Shown here piece after piece: positions 1 to 9,900 of a stretch of 64,000 nt of DNA. The translations under genes were made by a program, and so were the position numbers. The first letter of the stretch is position 1; each line of letters starts with the position of its first letter. The notes under the pieces were generated by a model. The model ran no database searches. It was not told the DNA's origin and worked only from the letters and a program-made list of their open reading frames with translations. The stretch is from positions 310,001-374,000 of IMG/VR virus record IMGVR_UViG_3300028840_002431. One strand, given 5' to 3'.

Positions 1-521
1 ATCTCCTGGTGATCCTTACGGATATCCCCGTGGATTCGAACGTTTGTATCCACTAGCCGGATGTCCTGTGATTGCTTAGTAAAATGAAGGATGGCGTCTT
101 CTACACCCTTGAGTTCCTTCTTGGTGCTCTTGTCTTCGACACCCTTGATCAGAATCTCGTGCGTCTCCTTGAGAAGCGCGACAGTCCTGATCTTGGCTTG
201 CTCCTCTTGCAGCGTCCGCAAGAGATGGACGAAATTCGTGCGTGCGTAAGGGCGGTTGGCCTGGACATCCTTCAATCGCTCAATCGTGTCCACGGCATTG
301 ACGCTCTGGAAATAGTCCAGAACAGTCTGGGCCGACGGCATCTCAAAGTGTTGGATAAAGAAACCTAGGACGTACTTGTACAACTGGTCGTCTTCCGGGC
401 GGCCCCACTCAAACTGACCTATCTCAATAGCCCGCCGAAGAAGCTGAAAGTTCCGCACGAGGTTCTCAGGAGAGACCTCTTTGTCGAACTCTATAACCGA
501 CCGTAGTAACCGCTTAGGCAT
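1..521 (-). CDS. 5' part of a gene running off the window edge; probable DnaB-like replicative helicase N-terminal region
   Basis: Not in the ORF track. ATG at 521-519 overlaps the TAA of the upstream gene (TAATG) and the frame is open to the edge (MPKRLLRSVIEFDKEVSPENLVRNF...). Function is inferred only from helical character and position after the DnaC-like gene; no catalytic motif lies inside the window. Confidence 0.5.
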   Translation of the reverse strand, partial: MPKRLLRSVIEFDKEVSPENLVRNFQLLRRAIEIGQFEWGRPEDDQLYKYVLGFFIQHFEMPSAQTVLDYFQSVNAVDTIERLKDVQANRPYARTNFVHLLRTLQEEQAKIRTVALLKETHEILIKGVEDKSTKKELKGVEDAILHFTKQSQDIRLVDTNVRIHGDIRKDHQE

Positions 522-1378
522 TATTCCAGATCCGATAAACCGCCACTTCCGCTTCCGCCATTCCTGCGTTTCTTCCAGGGAGGTCTTCGCTCCGCTCCGG
601 GGACCTCGAAGGTGCCATCCTCCTCGTGATAAGCAGGGGTTTGGATATTAACCCCCATAGCAATCCCCATCTCGACGGCATCTTTGAGTTCAAAGGCAGT
701 CGCCTCTTTCCTTTCCTTCGCCGCTTCCCTTTCAGCCTCTTTATCCCCGCCTAGATCAACGATGTCGTACCGGCTCTCTATGTACTCAGCCACCGCATCG
801 CTGTAGGCCGGGTGTAGATGGTTAAAAGGGTCCACACCCTCAACGATCCATGTGGGCTTGAATCTGACTTCCCTGGCCCTAAGAGTTTCGAGCAAGACAT
901 CCGGAATAGCCCGGTTGCGTGACACTTGTCCGATCCGAATGATGGTCAGAGTAGAGTCAACCACCAAATCAAGAAGGCTGTTGTAGGACTGGACGCTGTC
1001 CCTCACCTCTTTTGATCGTTGCGCATACTTTTCCGCCCCCAGCCACACACGGAGAAGCCTGTTGTCGTCCAGAATCTGGTGCGTGAAACCGGGCCAGTGC
1101 CAGAACTTCGCGCTTAACACCCACAGCAAATGGCGGCAAACCTCTTCCCAGGTACCCTTGATAAAGAGGTTGTCCTCCGTTCGATCCACGTCATTGGTAA
1201 GCAACTCGCTACGGATTAACTTGGCCTTGAAAATCTCAGGCCCAAGATGCTCCAGGAGCATCTTTCTTTTCAGGCATTTGCAGGGACGGGGCACCATCTC
1301 TACCCCATCGTCCCTGTAGAGCCATTGCTCGCCATCACAGATCGGGCAAACCTTCTCGTTCTTCTTTTTCTCTGCCAC
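521..1378 (-). CDS. Zn-ribbon plus degenerate DnaC/IstB-like AAA protein (helicase-loader-like)
   Basis: N-terminal CPIC...PCKC as in phage DnaC-like loaders; NLFIKGTWEE where Walker A is expected; LLETLRAREVRFKPTWIV resembles the DnaC ll..R....kPTii motif. Confidence 0.55.
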   Translation of the reverse strand: MAEKKKNEKVCPICDGEQWLYRDDGVEMVPRPCKCLKRKMLLEHLGPEIFKAKLIRSELLTNDVDRTEDNLFIKGTWEEVCRHLLWVLSAKFWHWPGFTHQILDDNRLLRVWLGAEKYAQRSKEVRDSVQSYNSLLDLVVDSTLTIIRIGQVSRNRAIPDVLLETLRAREVRFKPTWIVEGVDPFNHLHPAYSDAVAEYIESRYDIVDLGGDKEAEREAAKERKEATAFELKDAVEMGIAMGVNIQTPAYHEEDGTFEVPGAERRPPWKKRRNGGSGSGGLSDLE

Positions 1379-3158
1379 TGCCGTTCTCTACACCACTAGA
1401 ACGTAAACGCTCCATCAATTCGAAAGTGAAGCTACGGTCCCCTTCAAAGTCGAGAGCACCAACCGCGCTCTCCCCTAACACCTGATCAATCACCTTCTTC
1501 TTACGTTGTAAGATTTCCAGCGTGTAGTGGTCGATCGTCTTTCGCCCTCTACCTGGACGTTCTGCGACAAGATGGATAGCGACGACGTGTTGGTGCGGGG
1601 AACCGATCCGGATAGGTCGGCCCAAAAGCTGGACGTAGTTACCCCAGGACCACGGAGCGTTATAGAAGACCATGACTTCGGCGGCCTGTAGATTGATGGC
1701 CTCTGACCCCGCGTCGGAGATGAAGATAACCCTGGTGTCGGACTTCATGTCCTGGAAAGCCTTCATAGCCTTCTGCCGGGCCGGGTTTTTCTTTGTGTCC
1801 ACAACCTTGCCGGTGATGGCTGTGGACTTGATCTTGGCCTTCTTGCAGAGTTCCTGGAGCCTGGGGATAAGAGACGCAAACCTCGTATAGACAATGATCT
1901 TCTCGCTATCGAACTCCCCAGTAAGCAGATCCATGAGAGCCTGTTCCTTGGAGCTAAGCTCGGAGAGTTCGACCTGTTCTTGGTGGAACATGTCCACGTC
2001 GATGTAGTCGCCCTCCTGGTAACGAAGTAGCCAAAGGGAGTCCACTGTCTGTTGGCAATAGGTCAAGGCCACGAGGCGCTTATGTTCCTCGTAGTCTCGG
2101 ACTTCACCGTCGCCAAGAGACAAGATTCCAGTCAGGGCCTCCTCGTACTTCGAGTTTTCGGCCTCGGATATACGGACCAACACCTCACGAGTGATCAGCT
2201 TGGGAAGCTCGTCAGAAATCTGGTGTTTGGGCCTCCCCAGGAAAAACGGGTCGATACGCATCCGGAAAAGTTCGAGGTTTTTGTACCCAATAACAATCGG
2301 GATTTTCCGGCCACGCGCCACCGGTTGCATCCTTGTGACACAGTAATGATCCAGGAACCGTGTTTTTGTTGTGAACACGTCCGGGTATATGCATTTGTAT
2401 ATGCAAAAGCCCTCCATCAAATTGTTCTTGAGGAGGGTCGCAGTCAGGCCGTAACAACGGTCGGCTCTATCGGACAGTTCCCGGCACACCTGCCATGTCT
2501 TGGTCCGGTTGTTTTTGAAGGCGGTACACTCGTCGAATGTGACACTCAGATGAGGGATGCCCTGAGTGATCTTGTTCAACAGACCGGGACTCAACGGGAC
2601 CTTCATGTTGGGCTGGCCGTCAGGCCGTAAGGGTCTGGAAGCACCCTTGTTCCAGTCCTTCACGATCGAGGCGTACCCGGCGATCATCACAGCCTTGGGG
2701 TCGTCCTCTCCCGTGGGGTGGGCAGCGAAAGCCTTGTAGGTTTTCTCCCTCTCCTCAGGTTTCCCCTGGACGAGATAGACCTTGATACCCTTGGAGAACC
2801 GGAGAATCTCAGCCCTCCATTGCCAGAGGGCACTCTTCGGGGCTACGACGATGACCTTGTTCGTCGGCTCTTTCTCCCATGCGTAACAATAGGAGGCGAT
2901 TGCGACGATGGTCTTGCCAGTCCCGGTGGCGTCTCCCAGGACAAAACGCTTCATGGAGAGCAGATGGAATATCGCCTGGACCTGATAGTACCGGAGCCTG
3001 AATTTCTCAGGCGTCCCGTCCAGGGCCGTGACCTCCGAACGAAGCATCGGAGTCGATTTGAGCGCTACCGTCTTACTCGCCCTGACCTTCTTGAGAAGCT
3101 CGTACACCTTCTCGTGTGCGGCGAGAAGATTCTTCTCTTCGGCTTTCTTTCGAGGCAT
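1335..3158 (-). CDS. SNF2-family (SF2) helicase/ATPase
   Basis: LRYYQ Q-motif, GDATGTGKT Walker A, FDECT Walker B, GLTAT motif III, SDAGSEAINLQ motif V, QLLGRPIRIG motif VI. Confidence 0.9.
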   Translation of the reverse strand: MPRKKAEEKNLLAAHEKVYELLKKVRASKTVALKSTPMLRSEVTALDGTPEKFRLRYYQVQAIFHLLSMKRFVLGDATGTGKTIVAIASYCYAWEKEPTNKVIVVAPKSALWQWRAEILRFSKGIKVYLVQGKPEEREKTYKAFAAHPTGEDDPKAVMIAGYASIVKDWNKGASRPLRPDGQPNMKVPLSPGLLNKITQGIPHLSVTFDECTAFKNNRTKTWQVCRELSDRADRCYGLTATLLKNNLMEGFCIYKCIYPDVFTTKTRFLDHYCVTRMQPVARGRKIPIVIGYKNLELFRMRIDPFFLGRPKHQISDELPKLITREVLVRISEAENSKYEEALTGILSLGDGEVRDYEEHKRLVALTYCQQTVDSLWLLRYQEGDYIDVDMFHQEQVELSELSSKEQALMDLLTGEFDSEKIIVYTRFASLIPRLQELCKKAKIKSTAITGKVVDTKKNPARQKAMKAFQDMKSDTRVIFISDAGSEAINLQAAEVMVFYNAPWSWGNYVQLLGRPIRIGSPHQHVVAIHLVAERPGRGRKTIDHYTLEILQRKKKVIDQVLGESAVGALDFEGDRSFTFELMERLRSSGVENGSGREKEEREGLPDL

Positions 3159-3179
3159 ACAGCCGGGTATCTACACCGA

Positions 3180-3470
3180 CTAAAAGGAGCGGTAGAATTC
3201 TTTATATTCGTCCGGGCTTAACGACCGTTCGGCGGCTTTCATCATGTCTTGATAGAGACTGTACCGGTACTCAGAAAGCTGGTGGGGTAAGTGCCCTTCA
3301 AGCCTGTTAAGCCCTTCAACCAACTCGAATTTCTTACCCAACTGGCGAGCGCCGATCATCTTACAACCCTCGATGTAGGCGTTGTTGTGGTCGTTCCGCT
3401 TCGTCATCTTGCGGATCTTCTCGATCGTTCTCTCGTCGTACCGGGCCGCTTTCCAGGTCTTGTGTTCCAT
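3180..3470 (-). CDS. hypothetical phage protein
   Basis: 96-aa ORF tightly packed in the operon, GAGG SD upstream. Confidence 0.7.
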   Translation of the reverse strand: MEHKTWKAARYDERTIEKIRKMTKRNDHNNAYIEGCKMIGARQLGKKFELVEGLNRLEGHLPHQLSEYRYSLYQDMMKAAERSLSPDEYKEFYRSF

Positions 3471-3478
3471 CTCTGCCT

Positions 3479-4510
3479 CTATTTCATTTGCGCTTCGGCG
3501 GCCCTGAGGGCTTCCATCGCGTTGTCCGGTAAATCCCTCATATTCTCGACCAACCAGCCAAGGAGTTTCTTTCCCTTGGCCCGCATACGAGTAAGGTTCT
3601 TCTTCGAGCCACCGTAGTAATAAGTGCCAAAAACAGCGTTCGGGAGCCGTTTCTTCTTGGCTAACTCCTGATCCCTGTCCGAAAGCTCAAAAGGCTTGCC
3701 GTTGATTTTCAGGATCAACTTCTCCTCTCGGTAGGAACCGCCAATCTCCAACTCCACGACCTGTTTGCGCCCGGCGACCGACGGGTCGGTTCCGGACACC
3801 TGACCGCTGTTCACGAGCCAGTGTTTGATGGAGGTCTCGGACCCTGTCGGCAGACGGTCATCGAGACGCCAGTCCTTGGCGTCTATAACCTTGGAATTGA
3901 AACGGCCTTTGAACCCGACAGCCTTGAGCGCCTTGACCACGTTCCCATAGAGCCACCGGGGTTGGGTGCCCTCGTCCTTCTTGATCGGAAACTCAATCGA
4001 CTTCACAGTCCAGATGTCTTCGTTGAAGGTGCCCCCGATGTAGAAGTCCTGACGGTAGTAGTTGTGAGCGGCTACAAAGACGTGCTGTCGGTCTGTACGG
4101 CCATAGGCGACGAAGGTCCGATTACTCTGACTGGACTCGTCTGAGGACCACGAGGTTCCCCGTTGGGTTGGGGTAACAAACAACCAGTCAACACCTGAGG
4201 GTATACCAGCCTTGGACTTTGCCTCGTCGAACGTGACCTCCTTCTTCTCAGGAGGTTCGTACTTGGGTCTCGACGGAGCACGCCTGTCATAAGACGGACG
4301 TGCTTTGCCTTCCAGGATGTCCTTGGCAACGTTGAGATTCTCCATCTCTTTCGCGTCACCACCGGGCCTGTCCGGGTGAAGTTTCAGAGCGAGTTCCCGG
4401 TAGGCTTCTTTGATATCGCGGTCGCTCGGAGTGCTGTCAGGAGGGAAGCCAAGAACCTCCTTGGCCTCGGCCATCGACATCGCGGTTAGTAGAAAGGCGT
4501 AGCGGTCCAT
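3479..4510 (-). CDS. J-domain (DnaJ-type HPD) protein with unknown C-terminal domain
   Basis: AKEVLGF...IKEAYRELALKLHPDRPGGD...LNVAKDIL is a canonical J-domain. Confidence 0.85.
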   Translation of the reverse strand: MDRYAFLLTAMSMAEAKEVLGFPPDSTPSDRDIKEAYRELALKLHPDRPGGDAKEMENLNVAKDILEGKARPSYDRRAPSRPKYEPPEKKEVTFDEAKSKAGIPSGVDWLFVTPTQRGTSWSSDESSQSNRTFVAYGRTDRQHVFVAAHNYYRQDFYIGGTFNEDIWTVKSIEFPIKKDEGTQPRWLYGNVVKALKAVGFKGRFNSKVIDAKDWRLDDRLPTGSETSIKHWLVNSGQVSGTDPSVAGRKQVVELEIGGSYREEKLILKINGKPFELSDRDQELAKKKRLPNAVFGTYYYGGSKKNLTRMRAKGKKLLGWLVENMRDLPDNAMEALRAAEAQMK

Positions 4511-4537
4511 CTTACCTTAGCAAACCATAAGTTGAAT

Positions 4538-4978
4538 TTATGTCACGTACAGGCTTCTAACGTCAGCTTCCGCGCCCTTCTTACGGTAGATGATATTAAC
4601 ACTGGCCGATTTGACACCAAGGCGTCTACAGATAGCGTCTATCACCACATGGGGCAGATACGTCCCACATGAGAAAACGTCCATGCTAAAGAAGCTCTGG
4701 AGCGGCCACGCATGAATACTGACGTGGCTTTTGTTGATCACACAAAAGCTCGTGATCCCGCCCTCGTCATGGAACTCCCCGCTCTCCCGAGACCGACGTA
4801 GGATTCCAGGATCGAGCGGCACTTCTACGAACTCAGGCCCGGCTAGAATCTTAGCGTCCAGGATCTTGATCACACTCTCAAAAAGCGCTGTTAGCTTGTC
4901 CTTCTCGAAGACAGACGGGTCCTTAACATAAGCGTCCAGGGTGACGTGTATACCGGCACTTTGGATTGGCGGAGCCAT
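4538..4978 (-). CDS. divergent pyruvoyl-dependent AdoMet decarboxylase-family protein
   Basis: GIHVTLD, GGITSFCVINK-SHVSIHAWP and MDVFSCG match the class 1B AdoMetDC pattern, with K instead of E before the Ser. Confidence 0.8.
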   Translation of the reverse strand: MAPPIQSAGIHVTLDAYVKDPSVFEKDKLTALFESVIKILDAKILAGPEFVEVPLDPGILRRSRESGEFHDEGGITSFCVINKSHVSIHAWPLQSFFSMDVFSCGTYLPHVVIDAICRRLGVKSASVNIIYRKKGAEADVRSLYVT

Positions 4979-4993
4979 CTGACATAACCGATC

Positions 4994-5638
4994 CTAAAAA
5001 GCAAAATAAATGGAAACAAACGGGTTGGACCGCCAGCCGCTCCACGTGATGGAGTACCCGGCGTAAGCTCCGAAGTTTGTCGTGATGTCAAATCCCAGGC
5101 CACCACCCACGGACCGGACCCCAACGTACACATTCAGATTGAACCACTGGACATAGAACGGCTCGATGAGAATACCGCCGTCCAGGGTCTTGTGGAACAC
5201 GTCAACTTCGTCGCTGAAAATATCGGCCACGAGAAGGCCAAAGGTCGCCTTAGGCCGGAAGCGGAAACCCCACGTCGGCTCGACCCGCTGGGCTACCTGT
5301 AGCTGGACCTCCGATTTGGCGTCGATTTGATAGTTGCACCAGTCGATGTGCAGTTCGTATGGCTTCGGGCCGGTACCAGAACCGTAAACACGTCCCTCCC
5401 GATCAACCACGATGTTGACGGAGTCTGCGGTGATCTTGGGGGCCGTCTCCGACCGGCACTTGTGCCACTCGGCAAGTTGAATAAATACCTCCAAGTCAGC
5501 TTTACCGACGCACGTCCCATCAGGGCACGCGGGCGGCTCAGGGGCTACAGGAGGCTCCGTGGGGGTCTCTTCGGCCGGTTGGGCGGCGGCCGTGACCGGC
5601 GCAAGCAACAGGGTCAGGAGTAATAGCCGCCACATCAC
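4994..5638 (-). CDS. secreted protein with C-terminal amphipathic beta-strands (outer-membrane beta protein, spanin-like candidate)
   Basis: Signal peptide MWRLLLLTLLLAPVTAAA, Pro-rich linker, four Cys, alternating hydrophobic strands, terminal SIYFAF. Confidence 0.55.
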   Translation of the reverse strand: MMWRLLLLTLLLAPVTAAAQPAEETPTEPPVAPEPPACPDGTCVGKADLEVFIQLAEWHKCRSETAPKITADSVNIVVDREGRVYGSGTGPKPYELHIDWCNYQIDAKSEVQLQVAQRVEPTWGFRFRPKATFGLLVADIFSDEVDVFHKTLDGGILIEPFYVQWFNLNVYVGVRSVGGGLGFDITTNFGAYAGYSITWSGWRSNPFVSIYFAF

Positions 5639-5653
5639 TGTTCACCGGTTCAG

Positions 5654-6241
5654 TTAGCTGGAATACCTACTCAGGAGGTCGTCAATCTTATTGGCCTCGA
5701 TGCCGGAATCGTCTTTGACCGTGACAGCGAACTGTTTGGGCTTCACGACCACGACCTTGTCCACATCCTTGGCCTTGACGCCGTCCGGCAGTTGGATCTC
5801 GACGGGCTTGGTCTCACCGGGCGGTGTGAACTTCACAGTATCCGGGTTTGAGAAGATGCCGGGCTTCTCTATCGGGACCACGACAGCCTGGGTCATCCCC
5901 TTGGAGTCCGCTTCACCGGGCTTGATTATCTTGCCGTCCTTGTCCACCCGGTCTTCCGGCACCGAATTAGCTGTGTCGATGGCCCGGTCGCCGGGTGTCT
6001 TCTTCCCAAACAGCTTGCCCAGAATACCGCCGACCTGGATGTTCTTCACACCCAACACTATTAAAAGGATGGCCACGGCCACGACAACCAGTGCCACACC
6101 GGGTGCCACGAGTACCCTGGACAGCCACTTGAGAATGGCCATGGTCTTGTCCTTCACAGTCGCCCAGAACGAGGGTTCCGGAGGGTCCGACGGAGGAGGT
6201 GGGATCGCTGGATTATTTGGGGGCAGGGGTGTCTTCGGCAT
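5654..6241 (-). CDS. single-pass membrane protein (i-spanin-like candidate)
   Basis: Pro-rich N-terminus, one long hydrophobic segment (VLVAPGVALVVVAVAILLIVLGV), polar C-terminal domain. Confidence 0.55.
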   Translation of the reverse strand: MPKTPLPPNNPAIPPPPSDPPEPSFWATVKDKTMAILKWLSRVLVAPGVALVVVAVAILLIVLGVKNIQVGGILGKLFGKKTPGDRAIDTANSVPEDRVDKDGKIIKPGEADSKGMTQAVVVPIEKPGIFSNPDTVKFTPPGETKPVEIQLPDGVKAKDVDKVVVVKPKQFAVTVKDDSGIEANKIDDLLSRYSS

Positions 6242-6641
6242 CGTTGTCCTTGTCCGGTGGAGGAGGTGCTTGACTCGGATCTACACCGGGAAGGGTCAAA
6301 TCAATGCCTCTTTTCTTCGCGAGACCCTTGACCGTTTCATACCCCCAAACGGAAAGGCCGCCAGAAGCCGCGAAGTAGCACACAGAGGCCGCTACGCCCT
6401 CGACCCCAGGCTCTGGGTTCTGCCAGAAAGCGCCCAAAAGACCGCCGAAAAAAATCGGTTGCAACGCAAGGGTCTTACGGCCCCACCACCAAAACCACAC
6501 AGGCTTACGCTCCATGTGCGCTGTCTTGGTGAAGATGTTCTTCTTGATGGTCTGGCCGGTGATCATGAAAATCACGAAGCCAGCGAAGAACGGCCAGTGC
6601 GGAATTACATAGTTGTTAACAAACCCCGATACGTCTTCCAT
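6213..6641 (-). CDS. holin-like small membrane protein (about 3 TM)
   Basis: Three hydrophobic segments followed by YETVKGLAKKRG and a charged tail, typical of holin architecture. Confidence 0.55.
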   Translation of the reverse strand: MEDVSGFVNNYVIPHWPFFAGFVIFMITGQTIKKNIFTKTAHMERKPVWFWWWGRKTLALQPIFFGGLLGAFWQNPEPGVEGVAASVCYFAASGGLSVWGYETVKGLAKKRGIDLTLPGVDPSQAPPPPDKDNDAEDTPAPK

Positions 6642-6654
6642 ATAGTCCTCCCGC

Positions 6655-6933
6655 CTAGCTCTTAGGCGTATGCAAATCCTTCAGTTTCTGGACAAACTGC
6701 GGGCTGATTTTCTTCTCTTCGACAGGCGGGGGATTGTCATGAGCCGCTGGTCGTTCCAGAACCCCTTTCTCCCACTTCTCGATCTTCATCAATCGTTCGT
6801 GAAGTTGCTTCATCTGGTCCGGAGCAAGATCCGGCTGTGACAGGGAAGCCTTGATGCGCTCCTTCACGGGCTTGGCACCGCTCTTCCGTTGCTCAGGAGA
6901 GAGATCCAGATAGCTCATGCGAATGACCGGCAT
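6655..6933 (-). CDS. hypothetical protein
   Basis: 92-aa charged ORF filling the gap between adjacent genes on the same strand. Confidence 0.65.
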   Translation of the reverse strand: MPVIRMSYLDLSPEQRKSGAKPVKERIKASLSQPDLAPDQMKQLHERLMKIEKWEKGVLERPAAHDNPPPVEEKKISPQFVQKLKDLHTPKS

Positions 6934-6935
6934 TG

Positions 6936-9900
6936 TTACGCCTTTCTAGCTAGTTGGATGGTGGAGGGGTCGATGAGCAACTTGACGTGATCGCTGACCA
7001 TCGGGTGCCCCTCGATACGGTAGAGATCGGCCGCCGCATACCCCTCGCCAGCCCCGTTGGTGCCGATAAGGACCAGCCCAGGCTCAAGACCCGCCGCTGG
7101 CCGATTGACGTTTGTCAAAACGAGCAACATCAACTCATCCCCGGCCGAAACCTCGTTAGAACCCACGTTCGTGACAGTGTTACGAACCAGGAGCGCTCGA
7201 CCCTGAATGACGTTCACATGGTCTGTGTTAACGACCTGTAAAGAGTTCTGTAATGACACCGACGAACCAGGGTGTGACCCGTTACCCGTGAACACCGACC
7301 CACCACGAAGCACGCGGAAATTGGTGAGCAACGAGTAGTTGCCTTGCTCGCCGTCCACGTGGACCAGGACATCTCCCGGCGAACCAACGCCCGAAGACGA
7401 CGTGCTCAGTGGGATTTCCGCCTGTTCGACCTCACTGTTGGCCGCAAAGCCAGTCGAAGGACCGTTCGCCACGACATTCTCGTAAACGAGTGCTGCGGGT
7501 AGGAACCCGTACACCTGACCACGGAAGTCCTTGTCCCGGAACAGCGAACCTAACGGCAACCTCTCCGTGCATCCCACGTACTCCGTACCGACGTTGGTAG
7601 CGTCGGAGGGATCGAAGTTGCCAGGGAGAGAGTTGGGCCGGTCAGCGACCGCCGAAGACGGCGGGTAAACGGCCGGATCTTCGTAGGCCACGTCCTTGAA
7701 GTCGAGTTCGTCGGTCGTGGCGTCCGCCGAATAACGGCCCGTCCCAAGTGTTGTGGAGAAACCGGTTGAAGCCAGGATTTCTAACACCTTCTCGTTCGGC
7801 CGTGTCAGATTGTCCTGATCCAACTCCGTGGACACGATTTCATACGCTGTGCCCGAAGTTAGAGGACCCGGCGTGTACGGGATGTCAATGTAGTTGGTCT
7901 GACTGCCCCACGCATCGCCCTGGTATGGTGTGCGCGAGTAGTTGATCAGGATCTGATCAGCCTGTTCGGCCGGTCCAGGGAGAAGCCCAGCCGGGGTGGC
8001 TACGAACTCGTTGAGGTTCTGGCTCCGGTCCGAAAGATGAACGGTCCCGGTTCCAACATCCTCCCAACCGTTGAGGTTCGGGGATATCGCCTGGGGGCGT
8101 CTCATGACCAACCGGAATTCGGAGTCGAGATCGAAGGACCCTCTGTCGAATCCAAAAACAACAGCCTCGATCACGTAGTTGCCCGACGCGAAATCAGGGA
8201 TCGGCACAGGAGACTTGGATATATCGATCGCATTCGCGTTCAGAATGAAGGTGGAGTCCCCGTCATCGTCGATTTCGATCCACAAGGGCGCTCCGTCGCC
8301 GGGTTGCATGGTTTGACGAAGCAAGTTCACAGCCGTGCCAATTCCACCCGTCGCACGCTCGTTAGTGAAGGGGCTGTCGTTGGTTGTGTAGTCCGACGCC
8401 TCGTACACACCAAAGATACGAACCACACCGTAAAACGGAGGAAACTCCAAGCCCTCGCGACCCAACCCTCGCGTGTCGGTGAAGAACCGCATCCCGGCCC
8501 ATTCGTTACTGCCGGTTCCCGTGATGGCGGTGTTGTATGGAATGGGCGTAGAGGTCGGATCTACCTGACTGAATATACAATACTCGTTCGAGCCACCGCT
8601 GCCGTTGAAGTACGCCGCGTAGTTGCTCTGGGTCGGGGTCACGGTCCCCGGAAGGCTCCGGATCATGTAGTTGATACCGCTGGCAAAGGTAGTCCCGTCG
8701 GTGTGCCGTAAGGGTATATGAAGCTCTCCCCACCCAGGAACTAAGTGCCGGGGCAAGGATACGTATATGTTCTTCCAAGACGCCCCAGGCGCAGTCTCAC
8801 CACAAAACAGATTCAATGGGTCAGTTGTGGTCCACTTGGGGGTGGAGTTGTCCGCCTTGAGAAGAGGCATCACACCTTGCGCCTCATGTACAGTGAAAGT
8901 GACAGCACCTGCTTTGGCTCTGACAGACCGATCCACTTGGATCGAGGTGGCGGGGACAACGTTAGTTATAGTGTAACGGCCCGCCCCAACGTTGCCGCTG
9001 GCGATAATCAGGGCGTCTCCTGCCGCTGCCGTGCCAGTCACACCCATAGTTATAGTGTCGCTGTTATCACCTGAGAGCGTGCCCGTAGTGGGAGAGCCAG
9101 CCTTCGCAGTCGAAACCGGATTAGCCGCGTCCCCGTCAACCGTTAACGGGGTCGTGAAGTCCATGCGTCGAAACGGCGTGGCCATCACGGTCTTACTGCC
9201 CAGGTCCGCGTACATCTCGGATGTGACCGGGAGCAAGTTGTTAAAAGTGCTGGACCTGTACTTGCTCCACAGGGGTGCCCATCCAACACGTGCCTGAAGG
9301 TTGTTGTTGGGGATACCCCACTGTTGGGTAAGAAGATCCGCACCGGGATTGAGGTACGAAATGGAGTGTAAGGAATCAGGCCGACGAGACAGACCGCGTC
9401 CAGGTCCATACACAGCGTGTACCTTGATGTGTAACAAACGGGGCGAATCAGTGGTCGTTAATTGATCCGGGAAAGTGCCACCTAGCGTGATCGTGAGATC
9501 GTCCCCTGGTCCGGGCACCGCTGGTGTCACTGTGTACATCGAAGACGGCATAGCGTCCGTCTCCCCGTCGAAACGAAGCTCGACGGCCCCAGCGACACTA
9601 TCGTTCAGCCATCGGATCTGGTCCGTGGCACCGGCCTGTAAGCCGGTCTTGAGTTGGTTGACCGGTATTACGATGATATCGCCAGCCGTGAACTGGTTGG
9701 CCACAGTCTGGTTCGTAGTCTCGACCGTGATGTCTAACGACCACGAAACGTTGATCGCCACGCCTGGACCCGGAGGCACAACACCCGTGTTCGGCTGGCA
9801 TACGCACTCTATAGGCTGGACCGTAGCCGCATCAGAATAGACCATCCGGATATTGTCCGGAGCATCCAACTGTGTGACACCCAAGGACACCGCCGCCGAC

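Noticed and set aside
72-368. 98-aa plus-strand ORF
   Set aside because: Antisense to the edge-truncated minus-strand gene starting at 521, which is translationally coupled to its upstream neighbour.
5691-6665. 324-aa plus-strand ORF
   Set aside because: Antisense shadow of two coherent minus-strand membrane genes; no recognisable motifs.
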